Positions 1 through 8,167 of a DNA stretch of 64,000 nucleotides are shown piece after piece. Both the position numbers and the translations under genes were made by a program. A model generated the notes under the pieces. That model did no database searches, had not been told where the DNA came from, and was given only the letters and a program-made list of their open reading frames with translations. The stretch lies in contig OZ223236.1 of the NCBI GenBank assembly GCA_965140445.1, positions 4,960,001 through 5,024,000 on the forward strand, given 5' to 3'. Origin of the DNA: Candidatus Ozemobacteraceae bacterium. GTDB lineage: Bacteria; Muiribacteriota; Ozemobacteria; Ozemobacterales; Ozemobacteraceae. The first letter of the stretch is position 1. Each line of letters begins with the position of its first letter.

Positions 1-2433
1 CAAAAGATTGTGATAAAGCCTTGCATTTTCAATAGCGATGGAAGCCTGAGAAGCAAGAGTTTCTAGCAGATCCAGATTTTCTACTGTAAATGGCCCCTTT
101 TTACTAAGAAGTCTTTCACAGTTGATAACACCAACAAGGTTGTCCTTATTTACTAATGGGGCTGAAATTAATGTAAGATCAGCTTTTCGAGCAACGCCTG
201 GTAGCTCTTTGTAATCAGGATTCTGCCCTGTATTTAAAACTCTCATTGGGCGACGAACCTGGGCTGCCCTACCGGCAACTCCTTCTCCCATTTTTAGTCG
301 GATCTCTTCTACATTCTGGTCTTCAAATCCTCTGTGAACTTCAACATATAACGAATCTCCAACATCATCATAAAGCATTAGTGTTGCTCGATCTGATTCA
401 GTGATTCTCGTGGTCATATCGATGAAGTAATTTAAAACAGAATCAAGATCCAGAGAAGAATTTATCGCTTTTCCAAGTTCTTGAATAAGGCTCAATTCTG
501 CAACCTGCATATCTGTCATTTCATGAAGATTTGCATTGGCAATCGCCTGGGAAATTTGTCCTGAGATTCCTAGAAGAAGATTCTGATCATCTTCAAAGAA
601 AGCATCTCCAGAGCGTTTATTATTAACGTTCAGAACCCCAAGCAATTCGTCATGATGCAGAATTGGAACTGAAAGAACTGATCTTGTTTTATAATCCATT
701 CTTCCACTGTGATTAGCAAATCTAACATCTTTTGAAATATCTTTTAGAAGAACTGATTGTCTGTTCTCTGCAACCCAACCAGCAATTCCTTCTCCCATTG
801 CAACCTGAACATGTCCAATCATATTGCTCGGAAGTCCAATTGCTGCGTCAAGAGTCAAAAAGTTGTTTAACTGGTCATATGCCATCAAAGAACAGTTTTC
901 AACGTCCATTACTTCCTGAACCTGCTGTAAAATTGTGTCAAAGAGAGTTGAAATGTTCAAAGTCTTTGAAACAGAAGATCCAACTTTGTAAAGAGTTGAA
1001 AGATAATCCAGCTTTCTCTTCGAGTCATTAAAGAGACGTTCATTCTCAAAATGAGACGCCAAAGTTCTTCCGATTGTGTTCAGTAAATCCTGATCAGAAT
1101 CAGAAATAACCTTGCTATCTTCTTTGTGATAAATTCCGAGTGTTCCAATAAGTCGATCGGAAGACGTTAATGGAACAATCAAAAGAGATCTTGCAAACTG
1201 GTCAAGGAAAGAGAATTTGGCTATTGTTTTATCATGAAGAACATCCTGAATTAGCAAAGGAATTTTCTGAGATGCAACCCAGCCATGATATCCTTTGCCT
1301 ACACCAATTTTGACACTTTCTATTTCTTCGGGAAGTCCAGATTGAGCTTTAAGTGAAAGTTCTTCGCCATCGCTGTTATAAAGCAACAAAGAAGCTGCAT
1401 TACAATCTAAAGCTTCACAAGCTTCTTTTAAAACTTTTTTATAACCATCATCGTCCAACGACCTGGCAGTTAATGATTCACTAATTGAGAATAGTCTGGT
1501 CAGCTCGCGTAACTTCTGATTTGAATCTGCAAGCAACCTTGCATTTTCCAGAACTTTAGTCACCATTGATGCCAGAGTGTTCAGTGATAATGAGTCATCT
1601 TTGGTAAATGCATTTATTTCAGATGAATCAACGGCAATAACTCCAATAAGTTTGTCACCAATTGTAAGCGGTACTGCCAATTCCGAGTAGATTGTCTCTG
1701 GGGTTTCAATATATCTAGGCTCCAACAGAACGTTTGGCACATTCAAAGACTCTTGATTTCTCGCAACCCAGCCAGTGATGCCTTCTCCAAAAGGAACGCG
1801 GATCTTCTTTACTTCCTGGGGGTATTTGCCTCTGGCAACAGCTACCTCAAGATAGTTTCTGCTATCTTTACGTAGAAGCAAAGCGCCACAAGTAGCACCA
1901 GTAATCTCAATTGCTATATCCATTAGGAATTCCAAAAGATTCTGAAATTCCAGGCTGGAATTCATTATATTGGAAGCTTCCTCAAGAACAGAAAGGATCT
2001 TTTCTTTTCGCGCCAAAGATTCTTTTTCAGCAGCCAGATCTATCATCTGAACAAAAAAGTTATCAATAGATTCAACAGCTGCTTCTATCTGGGTTTCAGT
2101 CATTAAAGGCAAAATAGTCTTGCCGCTAAATTTTCGACCAGGAGCTTGATAAGGCCCAATTAGAACTGCACCATATAAATGACCATTCCAATCAAGCTTC
2201 ATAACGCGCATAAAAGACCCGTCAGGTCTTTCAACAACGTCCTTCCCCGGAAAGTTTACAAAGTCAGAAACTTCGATAACATTTTCGAAAACGTCGTCAA
2301 GTTTTCCTACAACGACTTCTCCCCGTTCATTGAACGGAACTATATTCAACCCGGTTAAACGCTGAAAACGATCAAGAAAGCTTTTGAGCTTCTCCCGATC
2401 ACAAATCTCTTCCAGATATATTTTTTTGACCAC
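1..2433 (-). CDS. Multi-GAF sensor protein: PocR-like N-terminus plus four tandem GAF domains; 3' end lies beyond the window start
   Basis: Absent from the ORF track because it has no stop in the window. Partial manual translation from GTG 2433 (after GGGGAAAG) gives MVKKIYLEEICDREKLKSFLDRFQRLTGLNIVPF. GAF hallmarks recur (FGEGITGWVA, ELAVPL, IGVIAVD), with linkers ENARLL, FENERL, IANANL, ending SIAIENARLYHNLL at position 1. The output domain is not visible. Confidence 0.85.
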   Translation of the reverse strand, partial: MVKKIYLEEICDREKLKSFLDRFQRLTGLNIVPFNERGEVVVGKLDDVFENVIEVSDFVNFPGKDVVERPDGSFMRVMKLDWNGHLYGAVLIGPYQAPGRKFSGKTILPLMTETQIEAAVESIDNFFVQMIDLAAEKESLARKEKILSVLEEASNIMNSSLEFQNLLEFLMDIAIEITGATCGALLLRKDSRNYLEVAVARGKYPQEVKKIRVPFGEGITGWVARNQESLNVPNVLLEPRYIETPETIYSELAVPLTIGDKLIGVIAVDSSEINAFTKDDSLSLNTLASMVTKVLENARLLADSNQKLRELTRLFSISESLTARSLDDDGYKKVLKEACEALDCNAASLLLYNSDGEELSLKAQSGLPEEIESVKIGVGKGYHGWVASQKIPLLIQDVLHDKTIAKFSFLDQFARSLLIVPLTSSDRLIGTLGIYHKEDSKVISDSDQDLLNTIGRTLASHFENERLFNDSKRKLDYLSTLYKVGSSVSKTLNISTLFDTILQQVQEVMDVENCSLMAYDQLNNFLTLDAAIGLPSNMIGHVQVAMGEGIAGWVAENRQSVLLKDISKDVRFANHSGRMDYKTRSVLSVPILHHDELLGVLNVNNKRSGDAFFEDDQNLLLGISGQISQAIANANLHEMTDMQVAELSLIQELGKAINSSLDLDSVLNYFIDMTTRITESDRATLMLYDDVGDSLYVEVHRGFEDQNVEEIRLKMGEGVAGRAAQVRRPMRVLNTGQNPDYKELPGVARKADLTLISAPLVNKDNLVGVINCERLLSKKGPFTVENLDLLETLASQASIAIENARLYHNLL

Positions 2434-2494
2434 TTGCTTTAACTTTCCCCGTTACTTGATACTAGATTATGATATCGGTCCAGTACAAAAACAA

Positions 2495-2920
2495 TTACTT
2501 AACTTCAATTACAGAATTCTGTCCTTCGAATTTGTTTTTGACGTTCTTATCTGAATTAGGATCAACAACCCAATCAGTATTGTTTACTACAAATTGATAT
2601 TCATGTTTGCCCGATTTAAGAGATACGGTGCATTTCCAGATGCCATCTTCTTTATTCATTGGATTAGCATCTTTATCCCAGTCATTGAAGTCTCCAACAA
2701 GAGCAACCTTTGTTGCTTCTTCATCTTCAAGTTCAAAAGTAACTTCTCTTTCTTCGCCATCGGTTGAATCTTCAGAACTTTCATCTTCTGATTCATTTTC
2801 GCATTCTTCTTCATCCCACATTTCTTCTTCTTCAAAGCTATGTTCTCTGCCAATTATGTAACCAATACCAAATACGCTTGCCATAATAAACAGCTTCCAT
2901 ACAAATCTTAACAATCTCAT
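2495..2920 (-). CDS. Small membrane-anchored CBM48 (AMPK-beta-like/isoamylase early-set) glycogen-binding protein
   Basis: Hydrophobic N-terminus, very acidic linker, then VALVGDFNDW...GIW...L..GKHEYQFVVN..W..DP, the CBM48 signature. Confidence 0.8.
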   Translation of the reverse strand: MRLLRFVWKLFIMASVFGIGYIIGREHSFEEEEMWDEEECENESEDESSEDSTDGEEREVTFELEDEEATKVALVGDFNDWDKDANPMNKEDGIWKCTVSLKSGKHEYQFVVNNTDWVVDPNSDKNVKNKFEGQNSVIEVK

Positions 2921-2945
2921 GTCTATTGCCTCCTAAGCTTTTTAG

Positions 2946-5207
2946 CTATTTTATAACTCGAAGATTTGCATACTGCAAGAGCAATGTTTTGCTCCCATGC
3001 TTTTCGAATCTAACTGTTACCCTGAAATCTGAAATTGAGCTTCCAGTAATTTCATAAACTGTTCCTTGCCCAAAAACACCATGCAAAACTTTTGCACCAG
3101 GCTTTAAATTTACCATGCTTCCGCATTCTGTTCCAGCAGAATCGTCAAGTTCTTTTTTAGTTTCGACTTCTGCCCATTTTTCGCCCTTATTCATATTAAA
3201 ATTTGGCTTTCCGAATGCTCTTCCACGCTGGATTGACCCAGGAATTGATCCGGAATTTTGTATAGGTCTGCCGTAAGAATTTTCCGTTCTCTGCTTATAG
3301 TGAGAAAACAACTGAGCAGGAACTTCCGTTACAAATCGTGAAACCGGGTTTGTTCCCCAAGAGCCAAACATCATTCTGCGTTGAGAAGCAGTCAGATACA
3401 GAAGTTCTTTTGCTCTTGTCATTCCGACATAAGCAAGACGACGTTCTTCTTCAAGCTCTTCAGGAGCTTCTTTCGAGGAATGATGAGGGAATATCCCTTC
3501 TTCCATGGCCATCATAAAAACAACTGGAAACTCAAGCCCTTTTGCATTGTGCAAAGTTAAAAGGTGAACTTTTTCCTGCGTTTCGTCCAGTCCATCCGCT
3601 TGCGCTTGCAACGTTGCTTCATACAGATAATCTCTAAGTTTAAGATCGGGATTATCTTCTTCCTGATATCTTATGTCCGAAACAAGTGCTTCAATATTGT
3701 TTTCTCTGTCTGGAGCACTTTCTGGGTCAGAATTCCTTAAATGTTTTCGATACTCTATGTCATCTATTATTTTTCGACACAGCTGCGAAACGCGCATTTC
3801 GTCTGAAGCTTCCATAAGATTCAACAACATATTGAAAAAATCTGCAATCTTGGTATTAGCTTTTGCGGAAGCCTCTTCTCCCAAGCCTTCCCAGAGAGAT
3901 CTTGTTCCGCCGGCCGACAGCTTATCAAGCATCTTGGGGCCAATTCCTCTTCTAGGAACTGCGATAATTCGTTCCATAGCAATATTATCAAGAGGGTTGT
4001 CGATAACTTTTAAATACGAAAGAATATCTTTTACTTCACGACGCTGGAAGAATTTTGTTCCCCCCGTCATATCATATGGAATGGCATAGCGATTAAGTAT
4101 CTGCTCAATCTGCCGGCTTAAACTGTTCATCCTGAAAAGAACTGCAAAATCAGAAAGGGGACGCCCGTCCAATTGCATCTTCTTTATCTGCTGAACAACA
4201 TAGTCTGCTTCTTCGCGATCATCTCTGGTTCTTTGGAAAACAACAGATTCGCCGCCTTCCTGCTCGGTCCAGAGCCTTTTTTGGTGGGCACTTTTATTAT
4301 TTGCAATTACTGCCCCAGCCGCATCAAGAATAACCTGCGTGGAACGATAGTTCTGCTCAAGCTTTACAACCTTTGCCCCGGGAAAATCCTGCTCGAAATC
4401 CTGAATATTTCTGATTGTTGCCCCGCGCCAGCTGTAAATAGATTGATCTTCATCACCAACAACACAAAGATTTCTCGTTCCAGACGATATCATGGAAATC
4501 AGCTTATACTGTGCATGGTTTGTGTCCTGATACTCGTCTACCAGAAAGTAACGATATTGTTTTTGTAATTTCTCAATTAAATCCGGGTTATCGCGCAACA
4601 TCACATAACTTTTGTAAATCAAGTCATCAAAATCAACAGCTTGATTTTCCATTAGTTTTCTCTGGTAAATACCATAAAGTTCCCCAGTAAGAGCGGATTG
4701 CTTATCACCGCCATAAGCCCTTAAATACTCTTCTGGGCCCATCAATTCATTTTTTGCCTGAGAAATTGAAGAAAGAATAGCTCTTGGAGAAAACTTTTTA
4801 GGGTCAAGATCTTTACCTTTTAAAACCTGCTTCATAAGCTTTTCGGAATCATCTTCATCATAAATTGTAAAACTATCTTCGAAGCCTGCATACTTGTGCC
4901 ATCGCCTCATTAGCCGACAACAAAATGAATGAAACGTTGTAAGGGTAATCTGATCAGCAGCCATTGGGACAAGAGTTCTAACTCTTTCACGCATTTCTTT
5001 TGCAGCTTTGTTAGTAAAAGTCACAGCAAGAATACTTCTTGGCTCAACATCGCAGCCTTCAACCAGGTATGCGATTCTAACTGTAAGCATTCTGGTTTTG
5101 CCCGAGCCGGCACCAGCAACAACAAGGATAGGCCCTTCCGTAGTTCTAACAGCTTGCTGCTGTCTTTCATTTAGCTTGGCTATAGTCTGTTCAATTACAC
5201 TAGTCAC
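2946..5207 (-). CDS. pcrA: ATP-dependent DNA helicase PcrA/UvrD (SF1A)
   Basis: AGAGSGKT, VTFTNKAA, VDEYQDTN, VGDEDQSIYSWRGA, LEQNYRST, TLHNAKGLEF, EEERRLAYVGMTRA, and a C-terminal Tudor-like H..FG.G domain. GTG start. Confidence 0.95.
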   Translation of the reverse strand: MTSVIEQTIAKLNERQQQAVRTTEGPILVVAGAGSGKTRMLTVRIAYLVEGCDVEPRSILAVTFTNKAAKEMRERVRTLVPMAADQITLTTFHSFCCRLMRRWHKYAGFEDSFTIYDEDDSEKLMKQVLKGKDLDPKKFSPRAILSSISQAKNELMGPEEYLRAYGGDKQSALTGELYGIYQRKLMENQAVDFDDLIYKSYVMLRDNPDLIEKLQKQYRYFLVDEYQDTNHAQYKLISMISSGTRNLCVVGDEDQSIYSWRGATIRNIQDFEQDFPGAKVVKLEQNYRSTQVILDAAGAVIANNKSAHQKRLWTEQEGGESVVFQRTRDDREEADYVVQQIKKMQLDGRPLSDFAVLFRMNSLSRQIEQILNRYAIPYDMTGGTKFFQRREVKDILSYLKVIDNPLDNIAMERIIAVPRRGIGPKMLDKLSAGGTRSLWEGLGEEASAKANTKIADFFNMLLNLMEASDEMRVSQLCRKIIDDIEYRKHLRNSDPESAPDRENNIEALVSDIRYQEEDNPDLKLRDYLYEATLQAQADGLDETQEKVHLLTLHNAKGLEFPVVFMMAMEEGIFPHHSSKEAPEELEEERRLAYVGMTRAKELLYLTASQRRMMFGSWGTNPVSRFVTEVPAQLFSHYKQRTENSYGRPIQNSGSIPGSIQRGRAFGKPNFNMNKGEKWAEVETKKELDDSAGTECGSMVNLKPGAKVLHGVFGQGTVYEITGSSISDFRVTVRFEKHGSKTLLLQYANLRVIK

Positions 5208-6324
5208 TGTTCAATCCTTGTATGTTTGTATTGCGACGATAACACATAACAACCCAGTCTCCTGCAATGTAGTTATGCAAATGCTCTGTCTGTAGATCGT
5301 AAAGCGGTCCCTGATAATCCTCAAACTCAACAGAGGCCACAGTATCTTCAATAATATCGCCTTTTTTCCCTACTATGGGGACCAGCATTCCAACCTTCAA
5401 ATGTGAGGCTGGAAGAATGTAAAATGGTGTTTTTTTGGTCAGCTGGATTTTTTTTACAATTTCAAGGCTATCAAGATGAGATAAAGTTCTCACAAATAGC
5501 TCTGCTTCATCAAGGTCTTCTCTTGTAATTTCAAGATACCAAAGACCATGCTTTCCTTGCTTTCGTTTAAACTGCTTGTGTTCAGCGCGGTTTTGCTCCA
5601 TTGAGCCATCAATTTGAATAAGGTGGGAATATCTTCCTGAACCCCGCGTTTTTTCAGGACCACCAAAAATTACAAATTGGATTGCACTGCTTACCGGGTT
5701 AGCAGAATTGGCAAGGCGCATTGTAATATGCGGATGTTCAAAAAACATATGCCAATCCTGAAGCAATTGATGAGCACGAGAAGGAGTATCAATCTGATTG
5801 AATAATTCTTTTATAAGATCCTCGGATAAATCTGAATCAGAATGCTTTGCTGAAAACGGGATATTTGGTAAACCGTATTTAAATGTGCTGAACTTCTCCA
5901 TAAACGTGGCGTTTGGGAGGTTTCCGGTAGTTTCAATTATCCAGATTTTATCAATAATTTCCTGGGTTCCAAATGCGTCAGCCCTCATACTATTTACAGC
6001 CATTAATTCGCGCATTAAATCAGAAGAAACCCCAACACGAAACCCCATTGTCGATCTTTCATGGAGATACAATGAATAGTTTCTGACCAGCGGATTGATG
6101 CGACCAAAGCACAGTTGATCCGGAGAACAACGCAAAACATTTCCTCTGGCAGTAGTAAGCTTTATCAGAGGATCTTTATGATCATAATTCACAAAAATAT
6201 CTTTAACTTTTGTCGTATTAATCTCACTCCAACCAGAAGCTCCCGTCACAACAGCCTCTTCTCGGATGTCAGTGATGGGCTTAAATTCGTTGCCACATTG
6301 TATTCGCGCGTTAGCTGGAAGCAT
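5200..6324 (-). CDS. Free-standing intein-like (Hint) protein with degenerate splicing motifs and a GIY-YIG-like insert
   Basis: Block A-like MLPANARI..KPITDI; block B-like LIKLTTARGNVLRCSPDQ; PASHLKVGMLV; block F LYDLQTEHLHNYIAG; block G-like WVVMC. Overlaps the pcrA start by 8 nt. Confidence 0.8.
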   Translation of the reverse strand: MLPANARIQCGNEFKPITDIREEAVVTGASGWSEINTTKVKDIFVNYDHKDPLIKLTTARGNVLRCSPDQLCFGRINPLVRNYSLYLHERSTMGFRVGVSSDLMRELMAVNSMRADAFGTQEIIDKIWIIETTGNLPNATFMEKFSTFKYGLPNIPFSAKHSDSDLSEDLIKELFNQIDTPSRAHQLLQDWHMFFEHPHITMRLANSANPVSSAIQFVIFGGPEKTRGSGRYSHLIQIDGSMEQNRAEHKQFKRKQGKHGLWYLEITREDLDEAELFVRTLSHLDSLEIVKKIQLTKKTPFYILPASHLKVGMLVPIVGKKGDIIEDTVASVEFEDYQGPLYDLQTEHLHNYIAGDWVVMCYRRNTNIQGLNSD

Positions 6325-6617
6325 CAGTTTCCTTTCTTAACAACCATACCCAGGAAAATCAAAGTCAAAGCTATCATTTGGCACTTTTTCGGTAAAGTCT
6401 TGTGCCACAGTAGGTAAATGTATCCAATTGCCAAATAAATCGTAAGCCATTAAACCAAAGTTTACAATCTGCTTGGCCCCGGCAAAACGAATAACTTCTT
6501 TACTGTTTTTGAACATTAACTTATTCCTGCAATGCTTGTTTAGTATGTTTCAAGGGTACACATATTTTACTTCGAAAACAATCAATTTCAGAGTAAATTA
6601 GAAAAAACACTTTTTGT

Positions 6618-6646
6618 TTGACTTTGACATCCCACCGCATTAAGCT
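6618..6646 (+). promoter_or_regulatory. Putative sigma70 promoter of the PfkB kinase gene
   Basis: TTGACT-N17-TAAGCT, ending 32 nt upstream of the ATG. Confidence 0.5.
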
Positions 6647-6678
6647 TTGCAGCATAAAATCCCTACCAGGAAGAAGCA

Positions 6679-7662
6679 ATGAGTCAGGAAAACACAAGAA
6701 AATATCAAATAACAGCCATTTCCGATGCTTTAACAGACATTATAGTTGAAGTAGATGACGTTGTCCTGGAAAGGTTAGATCTGCCTAAGGGTAACAGTAT
6801 AGAACTTAACGATCAGAACTTAGGAAAGCTTGAAAACATAGTTCAGACCCACCAAACCACAGTCACTCCTGGTGGTTCACCAACAAATGTAATTTATGGT
6901 GCAAGCAATTTAGGTTTACGTTGCGCTTTTATTGGATGTGTTGGTAGCGATGATTTTGGCTACGATTACATCAACAACCTTCGCGAAAACGATATTGATA
7001 CCTATGTTTCGATAAAAAGAGGGAACTCTGGTCTGTGTTATACGCTAATAAGTCCAGACGGGCAAAGAACCTTTGGGCTTGATTTTGGAGTTGCCAAGCA
7101 ACTTTATGAGTATGAGATTTTACATACTTTGATTAAAGATTCTGATTATCTCCATTTCTCTGCATATGAATTCCGCGGAGAAAATCCGATCAACTTTGCT
7201 ACCCGTCACGCTTGTGAGATAGCCAGGAAACATGGAACAAAAATTTCATTTGATCTGGGCGACAGCTTCGTAATCGATAGTTCCAGGGAACAAATTGAAG
7301 CCTTTTTAAATCAAAAGGTTGATATTCTATTTGCAAATGAGGACGAAGCAAAGGCTTTGAGCGGAGATGATTTTAACAATCTTCTAAAATACTCCGATTT
7401 ATCAATTGTAAAGTTGGGTGCTGAAGGAGCGCTTGCAATAACCCCAGAGGGGCAATTAAAAAGCAATGCCTATGTTGTTGAAGATGTAAGAGACACAAAC
7501 GGAGCCGGCGACAACTTTCAAGCCGGTTTCTTTTATGGAATATCCAAAGGCCTTCCACTAAAAGACTGCATGCGAATCGGCAACTTTTTGGCCGCTAACA
7601 TAATCAGGAGAATTGGCGCACAATCACAGGTAAAAATTTGCGGAATAGAGTTTATTATCTAG
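6679..7662 (+). CDS. PfkB-family sugar/nucleoside kinase (adenosine kinase-like)
   Basis: PGGSPTN, GCVGSDDFG, FANEDEA, VKLGAEGA and the PfkB signature DTNGAGDNFQAGF. Confidence 0.9.
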   Translation: MSQENTRKYQITAISDALTDIIVEVDDVVLERLDLPKGNSIELNDQNLGKLENIVQTHQTTVTPGGSPTNVIYGASNLGLRCAFIGCVGSDDFGYDYINNLRENDIDTYVSIKRGNSGLCYTLISPDGQRTFGLDFGVAKQLYEYEILHTLIKDSDYLHFSAYEFRGENPINFATRHACEIARKHGTKISFDLGDSFVIDSSREQIEAFLNQKVDILFANEDEAKALSGDDFNNLLKYSDLSIVKLGAEGALAITPEGQLKSNAYVVEDVRDTNGAGDNFQAGFFYGISKGLPLKDCMRIGNFLAANIIRRIGAQSQVKICGIEFII

Positions 7663-8167
7663 CGGCAGCCTCTCCAATGGTTTTTGCATAAAGATAAGCA
7701 TCATGATATTTTTCAAATATTTTTAAAGCTTTTCTCATAACGCCTTCTTTTTCATAACCTGCCTTCTGGGCTACTCTTTCACTTCCTGAGTTCTCAACGG
7801 CCATGACAATTTCTATTCGCGAAATTTTAGGCAATTTTTCACATATAAATTTTTCTACAAGTCCTACTGCTTCAACAGCGATTCCTTTACCCCAAAAGTC
7901 CTTTGAAATAAAATATCCGATCTCAACTACGTAATCCCGAGCCGAATGGAAAAAGAAACCAATTCCCCCGACCAGGACTTCATCAGCAAGAATCGAGAAA
8001 TTATAAGATTTCCCTTCATCCCAATTTTTCCTGCTTAGGCGCAAAAAATTTCGCTCAAAGCCTACAGTAGGAACTCTTACCGGGAAATATTTAAATTCTT
8101 CGCAATTTATGATTTTAAAAAATGCCGAAGCATCTTTGATCATCTGTCTACGAATTCTGACTTTCAT
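7655..8167 (-). CDS. GNAT N-acetyltransferase, RimJ/RimL-like
   Basis: EIGYFISKDFWGKGIA, N.GSERVAQKAGYEKEG. Confidence 0.85.
   Translation of the reverse strand: MKVRIRRQMIKDASAFFKIINCEEFKYFPVRVPTVGFERNFLRLSRKNWDEGKSYNFSILADEVLVGGIGFFFHSARDYVVEIGYFISKDFWGKGIAVEAVGLVEKFICEKLPKISRIEIVMAVENSGSERVAQKAGYEKEGVMRKALKIFEKYHDAYLYAKTIGEAAAR

Noticed and set aside
2946..6324. Single intein-PcrA precursor split by a frameshift, or a split intein
   Set aside because: The ORFs are in different frames with a normal 8-nt coupling overlap. PcrA is complete from its own start. The intein-like ORF holds both Hint halves, has no N-extein and lacks the splicing residues.
6325..6678. Possible ncRNA or riboswitch in the 354-nt divergent intergenic region
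   Set aside because: Only a short TGGCAC..GTGCCA inverted repeat and promoter-like hexamers are visible; no recognisable RNA motif. An Rfam scan would be needed.
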